From IMG/VR virus record IMGVR_UViG_3300027754_003462: DNA of 64,000 nucleotides. The stretch is one strand, 5' to 3'. The notes below the pieces were generated by a model. The model was given only the letters and a program-made list of their open reading frames with translations. It did no database searches and had not been told where the DNA came from. Within the stretch, counting starts at the first letter, position 1; each line of letters begins with the position of its first letter. This DNA comes from a virus. The position numbers and the translations under genes were made by a program. This document shows, one piece after another, positions 47,585 to 57,712 of the stretch.

Positions 47585-47994
47585 AGGCAGTGGGAGTGTG
47601 GTTCCGCAGTCGGGACACCAAACGCTATCTCTATCTCTTGAGAAACGACGTCAAGCATCCGGGTGCCTGGGGCCTGCCTGGCGGCAAGATCGAAACTGGC
47701 GAAACCTTGCTAGGTGGGATGGAACGTGAGTGTATTGAAGAACTGGGTTTCTTTCCCACTTACTTGAGATTGATACCCTTGGAAAAGTTTACATCAGCAG
47801 ATTTGGCTTTTGAATATCACACCTGGATATGTGTTGTGGACACTGAATTTGTGCCTAGACTCAACTATGAGCACTTGGGATATGCCTGGATTGACGCTGG
47901 CACTTGGCCCAAGCCCATGCATCCTGGGTTATGGAATACCATGAATATTGACGCTGTGCAACAAAAAATTCAGCAGATAGAACAGACTTTATAG
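47566..47994 (+). CDS. NUDIX hydrolase
   Basis: WGLPGGKIETGET....ERECIEELG Nudix box; GGAGG RBS. Confidence 0.9.
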   Translation: MESSALKAVGVWFRSRDTKRYLYLLRNDVKHPGAWGLPGGKIETGETLLGGMERECIEELGFFPTYLRLIPLEKFTSADLAFEYHTWICVVDTEFVPRLNYEHLGYAWIDAGTWPKPMHPGLWNTMNIDAVQQKIQQIEQTL

Positions 47995-48936
47995 TCTGCC
48001 GACCACAATCTCAATTGTACCTGACACGCCGTCAAAGTTTTCCAATGCTTTGCCGATCACTGTGCCCATGGCAGGTGCGGCACTGGCTTGTGCATATCCA
48101 TTGCCGGCTGTGACCATCATGTCACCTTTGCGTATGGTACCTGTTACTGACGTTGGCACACGACCTTGAAGAGCCACTGCCACCTTGTGTTCGCTTTCAA
48201 GCACACTGTTCATCAAGTGAGCAGGGTTGGTAGATACAACTCCGGCTACTCGCGGATCAGCATTGGTAGTTGATATAGTAACTTCATTTTTGCCACCAAA
48301 AATCAACACAGTGCCTGGTGCGTATTCAGCGTCGGTTGAATAAAGTTCTGCTAAGTCAGCGTACTGTGCTGTGGTTGCTTTGCCAAACACAGTGTTAAAA
48401 TAAACTGTTGAGTTACCGATATTGCCAACACCGTTGGCATTGTTGTTGACAATATTACCGGCACTAACGTTGCCAGTTGATACGGTTAAACTTGAGCCTG
48501 TGATGGCCGCGCCTGTAATTGCGCCAGTTGCAGAAATCAATCCACCTGTCAAGATGTTGCCACCAGTTACGTTAGCAGTTACTGATACAACTGCACCCAA
48601 ATGACTCGAACCGGTGATAGTACCGGTTGCTGATACTAAGCCACCTGTCAACACATTACCACCAGTTACGTTGGCTGTTGCCGAAATCACTCCACCTGTC
48701 AATACATTACCACCGGTTATGTTGGCAGCACTGGTTATGGTTGATGTTGCTGATATCAACCCACCAGTGAGCAAGTTACCACCGGTTACGTTGCCTGAGA
48801 ATGTCGCAGTAGAAACAACCAGCGTGCCAATGATGTTTCCGCCGTAGATGTTGCCTGTAGCGGAGATAATACCGGCACTGGATATGATATTACCTGTTGC
48901 TGATATTCCTGTTGTGCCGTCTAGTGATAATGCCAT
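47989..48936 (-). CDS. Short repetitive fibre protein with C-terminal intramolecular chaperone (peptidase G2-like)
   Basis: NITGGN repeats; TTAQYADLAE...PGTV...GVVST.P...VAL.GRVP...IGKALE. Confidence 0.8.
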   Translation of the reverse strand: MALSLDGTTGISATGNIISSAGIISATGNIYGGNIIGTLVVSTATFSGNVTGGNLLTGGLISATSTITSAANITGGNVLTGGVISATANVTGGNVLTGGLVSATGTITGSSHLGAVVSVTANVTGGNILTGGLISATGAITGAAITGSSLTVSTGNVSAGNIVNNNANGVGNIGNSTVYFNTVFGKATTAQYADLAELYSTDAEYAPGTVLIFGGKNEVTISTTNADPRVAGVVSTNPAHLMNSVLESEHKVAVALQGRVPTSVTGTIRKGDMMVTAGNGYAQASAAPAMGTVIGKALENFDGVSGTIEIVVGRL

Positions 48937-48957
48937 TCTAATTAGTCCTTGCTGTAT

Positions 48958-51900
48958 TTATGGTGCGTAAACATATAGCGTCGAAGCATCGGGCACTGTA
49001 ATGTTGTATCCAGTTGCAATTGTAACCGGACCCAATAGCAGTGCATTTACAGCATTTGCCACAGTTACGTTGGCTTCCAGAGTCTTTGGCCCTGCAAATG
49101 ACCCATACATGGTCAAACTGCCCAGATTAATAACCACAGTGTTTGATGCCCCGCCCACGCTCATGGCAATATTGCCCGAAGCAGCCGGAATAGTGATATT
49201 TGTAGAACCGTTTGCAATTCTGTCCGCAGTACCTGCGCTGAGTCCGGTTAAAAACGCACCATTTCCAACATAATAATTAGCAGTAATATTGCCAGTTGCT
49301 GAAATTTGTCCAGCAGTTAAAATGTTACCACCAGTGATGTTGGCTGTAACTGATACCACAGCACCCAGATGACTTGTGCCAGTTACTGTGCCTGTTGCTG
49401 ATATTAGTCCGCCGGTTAATAAATTGCCGCCAGTGGTATTGCCACTAACAGTGACCGAAGTCAGTGTGCCAACACTTGTGATGTTTGGTTGTGCGGCGGT
49501 GGTCACTGTGCCAGCAGTGGTTGCGCTTGTTGCTGTGGTTGCACTGCCCACAGTTAACGATGAGGCAGTGCCCGTCAATCCAGTTCCTGCACCACTAAAT
49601 GATGATCCAGTTATAGTACCTGTGGCTGATATCAGGCCACCCGTCAACAAGTTACCACCGGTTACGTTAGCAGTTACGCTTACTACAGCACCCAAATGAC
49701 TTGTGCCAGTAATAGTACCAGCGGCACTGATCAGGCCACCTGTCAAGATATTACCACCCGTAACGTTACCTGTGGCACTAAGTGTGGTTCCAGAAATTAC
49801 GTTAGCGCCTGAAATATTACCACCCGACCCGCTGGTAATGATATTTCCACCTGTAACGTTGCCTGTGGCACTAACAAGTCCACCTGTTAGTACGTTGCCA
49901 CCTGTAACGTTGGCAGCACTTGTGATTGTTGAAGTGGCTGATATTAATCCTCCAGTTAAGATGTTACCACCTGTGATGTTAGCCACCGCTGATACAATGG
50001 CGCCGGATAACAAGTTACCGCCAGTTATGTTGGCTGTGGCACTTACAAGCCCACCTGTCAGCAAGTTACCACCTGTGATGTTGGCTGTTACTGATACAAC
50101 TGCACCCTGGTGACTTGTGCCAGTGATAGTACCGGCTGCTGATACTAAGCCACCTGTCAGCAAGTTGCCACCTGTGATGTTGGCAGCACTTGTGATTGTT
50201 GATGTGGCACTTACAAGCCCACCTGTCAGCAAGTTACCACCTGTGATGTTGGCTGCCGATATAATGTTTCCACTTGCTGAAACAATACCAGTTACATATT
50301 CACCAGTTGTAGCAAACACCGCCACATTACTTGTTCCACCGACTCCAACAGAGACATTGCCACCTGAACTCACAACGCTGACGTTTGATGTACCACTGAC
50401 TATCTGTGTAGGAGTTCCGGTAGCAATACCAGTTAACTGTGATCCGTTACCAATAAAGAAGTTACCAGAGACGTTACCAGTTGCACTTATAAGTCCAGCA
50501 GTTAAGATATTGCCACCAGTTACGTTGGCTGTGACTGATACCACAGCACCCAAATGACTTGTGCCAGTTACAGTACCTGCGGCACTGATCAGTCCACCTG
50601 TTAATAAATTACTACCTGTGATGTTGGCAGCACTTATGATTGTTGATGTTGCTGATATTAATCCAGCAGTTAATAGGTTGCCACCAGAAACGTTGGCTGT
50701 TACAGCCAAACTGCCCAGTGTACCAACTGAAGTGATAGCAGTTTGTGCGGCAGTGGTCAATGTGCCAGTCAAGTTGGTGGCACTAACTAGAGTCGCACCA
50801 GTCAAGTTACCTGCTGTAATGTTACCAGTTACTGCCAGTGATGTCAGAGTTCCAACACTAGTGATATTACCTTGTGCCGCTGTGGTCACTGTACCTGCTG
50901 TGGTTGCTGATGTAGCAGTGGTTGCACTGCCCACAGTCAACGATGAAGCAGTACCGGTCAATCCAGTTCCTGCACCACTAAACGATGATGCGGTCACAGC
51001 ACCTGTGGCCGATATTAGGCCTGCTGTTCTTATGTTGCCACCTTGTATGTTGCCAGTAACGCTCAAAATACCAGTAGGTATATTGGTTTGTCCTGTGCCA
51101 TTCACATTTAGATTGATGTTGCCGTTGGCTGAGGTATTGACCCACAACTCGCCCCCGTTAACGATGTTGCCAGTTAAACTTATGTTGCCTGCACTAATGA
51201 TTGCACCAGTTGCCGAAATCAATCCAGCAGTTAGTAAGTTTCCACCGGTTACATTACCGGTTGCGGTGATCAATCCAGCTGTCAACAAGTTACCACCTGT
51301 TATGTTGGCAGCACTTGTAATGGTTGATGTAGCACTGAGTAGGCCACCAGTGAGCAAGTTGCCCCCAGTGATATTGCCTGTACCACTAGCAACACCAGAT
51401 CCAAACAACAAATTACCCGCAGTTATATTACCCGTGGTTGATACTGGGTTTGTACCCAAGGCAGCCAGGTTGGCCACAACGTTGGCATTGCCATAACTTG
51501 AGGCGATCCCAGTCAGTTGTGAACCATTGCCAATGAAAACATTGCCAGAAATGTTACCGGTTGCTGATATCAGCCCACCTGTCAACAAGTTACCACCTGT
51601 GACGTTGGCAGCAGCCGAGATTAGGCCACCAGTTAGTAAGTTACCGCCGGTAATATTTGCTGATACACTTACCACAGCACCCAAATGACTTGAACCAGTT
51701 ACAGTACCAGTTGCTGAGACTAATCCACCAGTTAAGACATTGCCACCAATGATGTTGGCACCACTGGTAATAGTCGATGTAGCACTTATTAAACCACCTG
51801 TCAATACATTGCCGCCGGTTACGTTGGCTGTGGCACTTATTAATCCAGCAGTTAATACATTGCCACCTGTGATATTTGCCGCTGACGTAATAGTTGATGT

Positions 51901-54900
51901 GGCTGATATCAATCCACCAGTTAGTAAATTACCACCTGTGATGTTGCCCACAGCACTGGCTGTGGTTGCAATCTGTGCGGCATTCAAATAGGCTGTGCCC
52001 CAGTAATTACTAGGACCACCAAAAGCCAAAGTGGCGTTGGCTGCGGGTGTGACAGCAATATTACTTTGCCAACTTGTGGTGGTGTTGTTGAATCTCCAGG
52101 TGGCCAAGTTGTTGTTACCAACATCTAGACCAGCATTGTTCAGTGCGGCACCTGTGTTTTGATTGTTACCAACAGTGATGTTGAGATCATTGGTGGTAAT
52201 TGTGTTTGAATTGATGGTTGTGGTATTGCCGTAAACTGTCAGATTACCATAGATAATGGCATCGCCTGTGTTGCCAGTTCCGATACTCAATGATCCGCCT
52301 GTGACCGCACCCACTGCCGAAACTTGTCCAGCAGTCAATATATTACCACCGGTTATATTGGCAGCACTTGTGATTGTTGATGTTGCCGATATCAATCCAG
52401 CGGTTAGCAAGTTGCCACCGGTGATGTTGGCAGTTGCTGATACAATAGCCGCAGATAATAAATTTCCACCAGTTACGTTGGCTGTGACACTTACCACAGC
52501 ACCCAAATGACTCGAACCAGTGATAGTACCGGTTGCTGATACTAAACCGCCTGTTAATAAATTACCACCAGTTACATTGGCGGCACTTGTGATTGTTGAT
52601 GTAGCACTTACTAGGCCACCTGTCAATACATTACCACCAGTTACATTGGCAGTAACACTTACTACTGTGCCCAGGAAACTTGAACCAGTTACTGTACCTG
52701 TTGCTGATATTATGCCAGCAGTTAATACATTACCACCTGTAACGTTACCTGTTGCTGATACCAATCCAGCAGTTAATAAGTTACCGCCAGTTACGTTACC
52801 GGCCACGCTGAGTGCTGAGCCGCTGGTGTTGGCAATGGCAACAATGGTATTGCCAGTGTAACTCACTGTAGTGTTACCAGCGTTTGCGCCAATGGTCAAT
52901 GTGCTGTTGCCTGCCACCCCACTAAAAATAGTCACGTTACTGGTGGAGTTGGCAACACCGTTGGCAGCAAGATTGATTGATTTGGTATTGGCACTGGATG
53001 TTGCACCTGTGCCAATGTTTAGAGTTTGTGTGGCAGTGGACTGACCAATTAAAATATTGCCGGTTTGTGTTGCGCCACCAATGGTTGTGGCGCCTGTGGT
53101 TGCATTGGTTCCAAGTAATGTAGTTGTTGACGATGTACCAACTAAACTGATGGTACTGGTTGCAATAAGGGTACTATTTGCAGATAAAGCCGTGACGCTG
53201 AGTGTTCCACTGATCGATGGACTTGCACTTAACACAACACTGCCGGATCCGGTCGCTGTGCTAAAATCAGTGAGACCAGACTCCCAATCAGCGGCGGTGG
53301 TCAGTGCTGTTCCAATACAGGTACACATTGCAGTTGTACCTGCAAGCACTGTGATAACTGCATTTAATCCTGACGACTGAACTGTTACACTTCCAGTGCT
53401 GTTGTTAACAATATGGAATGTCCAACCTGTTTGTAATGTACTCGTTACTGGCAATACAACTGTTTGTGTAGTTGCTCCAGTAAATTGCTGATAATACGAA
53501 CTTGTATTATCTAATGTAGTTGTTCCGGCTGCGGTTACAGTCGAAGTGTAGCCCATTAATGCTGCCATCGCAGCCGGAGCAGAAGTTTTTCCTGTTCCGC
53601 CGTAAGCAAGTCCAACTGCGTTTGCTGACCAAGTACCAGTTGTGAGATTTCCAACACCTGTGATATTGGTTTGACTGGCTGTGGTCAATGTACCTGCGAC
53701 GCTTGTGCCCGACAGGTTACCGCCTGTGATGTTACCAGTGGCAGATATCAGGCCGCCTGTTAATAAGTTACCACCAGTAATGTTGCCTGTACCACTAGTA
53801 ATACCTGCCCCAAAAAACAAATTGCCCGCAGTCACGTTACCTGTAGTTGATACTGGATTTGATCCCAAGGCAGCCAAGTTGGCCACAACGTTGGCATTGC
53901 CATATGTTCCAGTAATACCAGTCAGTTGCGAGCCATTACCAATGAACACATTGCCACTAATATTACCAGCGGCACTTATCAGGCCACCAGTCAAGATGTT
54001 ACCACCAGTGACATTGGCTGCTGAAGTTATGGTTGAGGTGGCTGAAATTAATCCACCCGTTAAGAGGTTACCACCAGTGACATTGGCTGCCGAAGTTATG
54101 GTTGATGTGGCACTGATCAATCCACTAGTGAGTAAGTTACCACCAGTGATGTTGCCTGTACCACTAGTAATACCTGATCCAAACAACAAATTACCCGCAG
54201 TTATGTTACCTGTGGTTGATACTGGGTTAGATCCCAAAGCAGCCAAGTTGGCCACAACATTGGCGTTGCCATAACTTGAGGCGATACCAGTCAGTTGTGA
54301 GCCGTTACCAATGAACACATTGCCACTAATATTACCAGCGGCACTTATCAATCCGCCTGTTAAAAAGTTTCCGCCTGTGGCGTTGGCCGTAACAGCCAGT
54401 GAACCTAATGTGCCAACGCTTGTGATATTGGTTTGACTGGCGGTGGTCAATGTACCTGCAATGCTTGTGCCCGACAAATTGCCGGCTGTGATATTGCCAG
54501 TGGCACTTATCAATCCGGCAGTTAAGATGTTACCACCTGTGATGTTACCGCTTGCACTAACAACAGCCGCAGTTATCTGAGTTGCACCGCCGGCACCTGT
54601 CAATACTGTTTGTCCACCTGCTGGATTGGTTAGCACAAGTGCTGTGGCATTGGCACTAATTGTACTGTTACCCAAATAGATTGTGCTGTTGCTCAACCAC
54701 AAATCTCGCCAACGTTGTGTGTTTGAACCCAGATCATACGTGATGTTGGCAGCCGGCAATATGTTACCGATTATGTTGCCGCTGATGCTTAATCCACCTG
54801 TCAATAAGTTGCCACCAGTGATGTTACCTGTTACACTTACCACTGCGCCCAAATGACTTGTACCAGTAATTGTGCTTGCGGCACTTATTACACCACCAGT

Positions 54901-55473
54901 CAAGATGTTGCCACCAGTTACGTTGGCAGTGGCACTGATCAATCCACTGGTGTTTAGGCTACCTGCTGAAACATTTCCGGCGCTGACATTGGCCACTGTG
55001 GTATTACCACTAACACTTAAAGTTCCTGTAGCACTGATTGCACCACCTGTTAATAAGTTACCGCCAACAACGTTGGAGGTGGCACTTAAATTATTGCCAG
55101 TAATATTGCCTGACGCACTTACGACACCTGTGATGTATTCACCTGTTGTGGCAAATACTGCCACGTTGCCAGTTCCGCCCACACCCACTGTGACGTTACC
55201 ACCCGAACTTACTACTGTGACGTTAGAGGTACCGCTGGATATGTTACTAGGGTTAGTAGTGATGCCAGTTAATAGCGCACCGTTACCTAAGATGTAGTTG
55301 CCAGACACGTTGCCAACAGCACTGATGTATCCGTTTGATACCAGTGTGTTGGCCGTGATAACGTTGGCTGTGGACAGTATGCGTGTCCAGGTGTTGCCGA
55401 CGTTGGAGAACTGATACGTTATGTTGTTGACAACAGCAGTTTGCCCGTTTGTCGGCGATACTGGGAAGGCCAT
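48958..55473 (-). CDS. Very long repetitive fibre protein (2171 aa)
   Basis: N-terminus MAFPVSPTNGQ; dozens of N(I/V)TGGN(L/I/V)LT(G/A)GL(I/V)SA repeats. Confidence 0.85.
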   Translation of the reverse strand: MAFPVSPTNGQTAVVNNITYQFSNVGNTWTRILSTANVITANTLVSNGYISAVGNVSGNYILGNGALLTGITTNPSNISSGTSNVTVVSSGGNVTVGVGGTGNVAVFATTGEYITGVVSASGNITGNNLSATSNVVGGNLLTGGAISATGTLSVSGNTTVANVSAGNVSAGSLNTSGLISATANVTGGNILTGGVISAASTITGTSHLGAVVSVTGNITGGNLLTGGLSISGNIIGNILPAANITYDLGSNTQRWRDLWLSNSTIYLGNSTISANATALVLTNPAGGQTVLTGAGGATQITAAVVSASGNITGGNILTAGLISATGNITAGNLSGTSIAGTLTTASQTNITSVGTLGSLAVTANATGGNFLTGGLISAAGNISGNVFIGNGSQLTGIASSYGNANVVANLAALGSNPVSTTGNITAGNLLFGSGITSGTGNITGGNLLTSGLISATSTITSAANVTGGNLLTGGLISATSTITSAANVTGGNILTGGLISAAGNISGNVFIGNGSQLTGITGTYGNANVVANLAALGSNPVSTTGNVTAGNLFFGAGITSGTGNITGGNLLTGGLISATGNITGGNLSGTSVAGTLTTASQTNITGVGNLTTGTWSANAVGLAYGGTGKTSAPAAMAALMGYTSTVTAAGTTTLDNTSSYYQQFTGATTQTVVLPVTSTLQTGWTFHIVNNSTGSVTVQSSGLNAVITVLAGTTAMCTCIGTALTTAADWESGLTDFSTATGSGSVVLSASPSISGTLSVTALSANSTLIATSTISLVGTSSTTTLLGTNATTGATTIGGATQTGNILIGQSTATQTLNIGTGATSSANTKSINLAANGVANSTSNVTIFSGVAGNSTLTIGANAGNTTVSYTGNTIVAIANTSGSALSVAGNVTGGNLLTAGLVSATGNVTGGNVLTAGIISATGTVTGSSFLGTVVSVTANVTGGNVLTGGLVSATSTITSAANVTGGNLLTGGLVSATGTITGSSHLGAVVSVTANVTGGNLLSAAIVSATANITGGNLLTAGLISATSTITSAANITGGNILTAGQVSAVGAVTGGSLSIGTGNTGDAIIYGNLTVYGNTTTINSNTITTNDLNITVGNNQNTGAALNNAGLDVGNNNLATWRFNNTTTSWQSNIAVTPAANATLAFGGPSNYWGTAYLNAAQIATTASAVGNITGGNLLTGGLISATSTITSAANITGGNVLTAGLISATANVTGGNVLTGGLISATSTITSGANIIGGNVLTGGLVSATGTVTGSSHLGAVVSVSANITGGNLLTGGLISAAANVTGGNLLTGGLISATGNISGNVFIGNGSQLTGIASSYGNANVVANLAALGTNPVSTTGNITAGNLLFGSGVASGTGNITGGNLLTGGLLSATSTITSAANITGGNLLTAGLITATGNVTGGNLLTAGLISATGAIISAGNISLTGNIVNGGELWVNTSANGNINLNVNGTGQTNIPTGILSVTGNIQGGNIRTAGLISATGAVTASSFSGAGTGLTGTASSLTVGSATTATSATTAGTVTTAAQGNITSVGTLTSLAVTGNITAGNLTGATLVSATNLTGTLTTAAQTAITSVGTLGSLAVTANVSGGNLLTAGLISATSTIISAANITGSNLLTGGLISAAGTVTGTSHLGAVVSVTANVTGGNILTAGLISATGNVSGNFFIGNGSQLTGIATGTPTQIVSGTSNVSVVSSGGNVSVGVGGTSNVAVFATTGEYVTGIVSASGNIISAANITGGNLLTGGLVSATSTITSAANITGGNLLTGGLVSAAGTITGTSHQGAVVSVTANITGGNLLTGGLVSATANITGGNLLSGAIVSAVANITGGNILTGGLISATSTITSAANVTGGNVLTGGLVSATGNVTGGNIITSGSGGNISGANVISGTTLSATGNVTGGNILTGGLISAAGTITGTSHLGAVVSVTANVTGGNLLTGGLISATGTITGSSFSGAGTGLTGTASSLTVGSATTATSATTAGTVTTAAQPNITSVGTLTSVTVSGNTTGGNLLTGGLISATGTVTGTSHLGAVVSVTANITGGNILTAGQISATGNITANYYVGNGAFLTGLSAGTADRIANGSTNITIPAASGNIAMSVGGASNTVVINLGSLTMYGSFAGPKTLEANVTVANAVNALLLGPVTIATGYNITVPDASTLYVYAP

Positions 55474-55483
55474 TCTCTATCCT

Positions 55484-56779
55484 TTATTGCATACTTATCA
55501 CGATTTCGATAGTGCCTTCGCCGCCGTCAAAGTTCTCCAATGCTTTACCAATCACGGTACCCACAGCAGGATTGGCTTCGGCTCGCGCACGTCCATTTCC
55601 AGCAGATACCATCAAATCGCCTTTGGCGATAGTACCAGTCACCTGAGTTGGCACACGTCCAGCCAGGGCCACAGCAGTCACGTGAGCCCCGTTCAGAGTG
55701 GAGTTCATCAAGTGAGCAGGGCTAGTAGACACTACGCCTGCAACCCGCTTGCTAGAATCATGTGTACTTAGTGTTACTTCTTGCGCACCATCAAAATCCA
55801 ACACAGTTCCGGGTGTGTAAACAGCATCGCCCAGGTAATTTTCAGCCAAGTCAGCGTATTGTGCTGTGGTTGCTTTGCCAAATATGGTGTTGAAGTAAAG
55901 ACTGGTTGAACCAATGTTACCCACACCATTGCCGTTCGCGTTGACTATATTACCCACAGTGATTGTACCAGTTGATACTGTCAAGTTGCCACCTGTGATG
56001 TTACCAGTTACCGATACCACAGCGCCCAAATGACTCGAACCAGTCACAGTACCAGTTGAACTGATCAGACCACCTGTCAAGATGTTGCCACCTGTGATGT
56101 TGCCACTTGCGCTGTAACTTGCGGCTTGACTTGAACCACCCAATGATAACAAACCAGCGGTTAATATGTTGCCACCTGTGATGTTGGCGGCTGATGTGAT
56201 TGTTGATGTAGCACTTATCAAGCCAGCAGTTAATACGTTACCGCCAGTGACGTTGCCGCTTACACTAGTTACACCAGTGATAAAAGCACCAGTAGTAGCA
56301 AACACAGCCACGTTTGCAGTACCACCGATTGTGATGTTGGCATTGCCGCTGGCTGACTGAATATCAATCAGCGTGGTTCCATTTTGGATACGATCGCCTA
56401 AGATATTACCAGTTAGTGTAGCATTACCAGTCACAGTCAAGTCACCGGTGATACTCAAACCAGTGCCGTACCATACACCAACGTTGGCTGTGCCAGCCAC
56501 TGTGTGTGTGATATTGCCGCCAGAACCGTTAACTTTGACGTTTGATGTTCCGTTTATGATTTGAGTGGCATCTACACCTGTTAATTGTGATCCGTTGCCT
56601 ATGAAGTAATTGCCAGTGATATTACCTGTTGCACTCACTGTTGTGGCGTTGTTGGTTATAAAACTTCCCAGGGTATTTGCTGTAACTTTGTAAGTTGCAC
56701 CACTATAGTCTGCAGGAACTACCGTAGCCCCATCAATAGTATTGGTGTTTGATAATGCTGATATGGTTGTTGTTGCCAT
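55484..56779 (-). CDS. Fibre protein with C-terminal intramolecular chaperone
   Basis: Same repeat family; TTAQYADLAE C-terminal domain. Confidence 0.8.
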   Translation of the reverse strand: MATTTISALSNTNTIDGATVVPADYSGATYKVTANTLGSFITNNATTVSATGNITGNYFIGNGSQLTGVDATQIINGTSNVKVNGSGGNITHTVAGTANVGVWYGTGLSITGDLTVTGNATLTGNILGDRIQNGTTLIDIQSASGNANITIGGTANVAVFATTGAFITGVTSVSGNVTGGNVLTAGLISATSTITSAANITGGNILTAGLLSLGGSSQAASYSASGNITGGNILTGGLISSTGTVTGSSHLGAVVSVTGNITGGNLTVSTGTITVGNIVNANGNGVGNIGSTSLYFNTIFGKATTAQYADLAENYLGDAVYTPGTVLDFDGAQEVTLSTHDSSKRVAGVVSTSPAHLMNSTLNGAHVTAVALAGRVPTQVTGTIAKGDLMVSAGNGRARAEANPAVGTVIGKALENFDGGEGTIEIVISMQ

Positions 56780-57712
56780 TATAAATTTCCTTAAATTAAC
56801 ACTAACTCTTGGCCGTCAATGGTTGTAAGATACAATCCACTGATGGTTGTGAGATACACCACAGCACTCATTTCCCAACCCCCGGCTATTTGCCATCCTG
56901 ATCCGATAGTTAAACTCATGATATTTCCTTATATTCTGCCTACTACAATTTCTATTGTGCCTTCTGCACCGTCAAAATCTTCTAGTGCTTTGCCGATTAC
57001 TGCGCCTGATAAAGGCTCGGCTTCTGCTCTAGCACGACCATCTCCAGCGGATACCATCATATCGCCTTTGGCAATTGGTCCAATAACTTGAGTTGGCACA
57101 CGACCTGTTAGAGCCACTGCTACCTTGTGTTCACTTTCCAATGTTGCGTTCATCAAGTGAGCAGGGTTGGTACTGACTACGCCAGCAACTCGACGACTTG
57201 AATCTGTCGTACTTATTGTGACTTCTTGAGCACCGCCAAATACCAGCACGGTACCTGGAGCATAATCGGCGTCGGAAGCATATACTTCAGCCAAGTCAGC
57301 GTATTGTGCTGTGGTTGCTTTGCCAAATATGGTGTTGAAGTAAAGACTGGTTGAACCAATGTTACCCACACCATTACCATTGGCATTCACAATGTTGCCC
57401 ACCGTAACTGTACCAGTTGACACTGTCAAGTTGCCACCTGTGATGTTGCCACTTGCGCTGTAACTTGCGGCTTGACTTGAACCACCCAATGATAACAAAC
57501 CAGCGGTTAATATGTTGCCACCTGTGATATTGGCTGTGACGGATACCACAGCGCCCAAATGACTCGAACCAGTGATAGTACCGGTTGCTGATACTAAGCC
57601 ACCTGTCAATACATTACCACCTGTGATGTTGCCACTTGCGCTGTAACTTGCGGCTTGACTTGAACCACCCAATGATAACAAACCAGCGGTTAATATGTTG
57701 CCACCTGTGATG
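55846..57712. repeat. Near-identical DNA blocks shared between fibre paralogs
   Basis: An ~85 bp block (CCAAGTCAGCGTATTGTGCTG...CCCACACCATT) at ~55846 and ~57291; an ~95 bp block (CCACCTGTGATGTTGCCACTTGCGCTG...) at ~56088, ~57434 and ~57618. Confidence 0.85.
56791..56919 (-). CDS. 42-aa putative small virion protein (missed by the ORF track)
   Basis: MSLTIGSGWQIAGGWEMSAVVYLTTISGLYLTTIDGQELVLI*; AAGGA RBS; fills the gap. Confidence 0.75.
   Translation of the reverse strand: MSLTIGSGWQIAGGWEMSAVVYLTTISGLYLTTIDGQELVLI

Noticed and set aside
55846-57712. Possible diversity-generating retroelement template/variable repeat pair
   Set aside because: No reverse transcriptase in the window, and the copies are near-identical with no adenine-specific mismatch pattern evident
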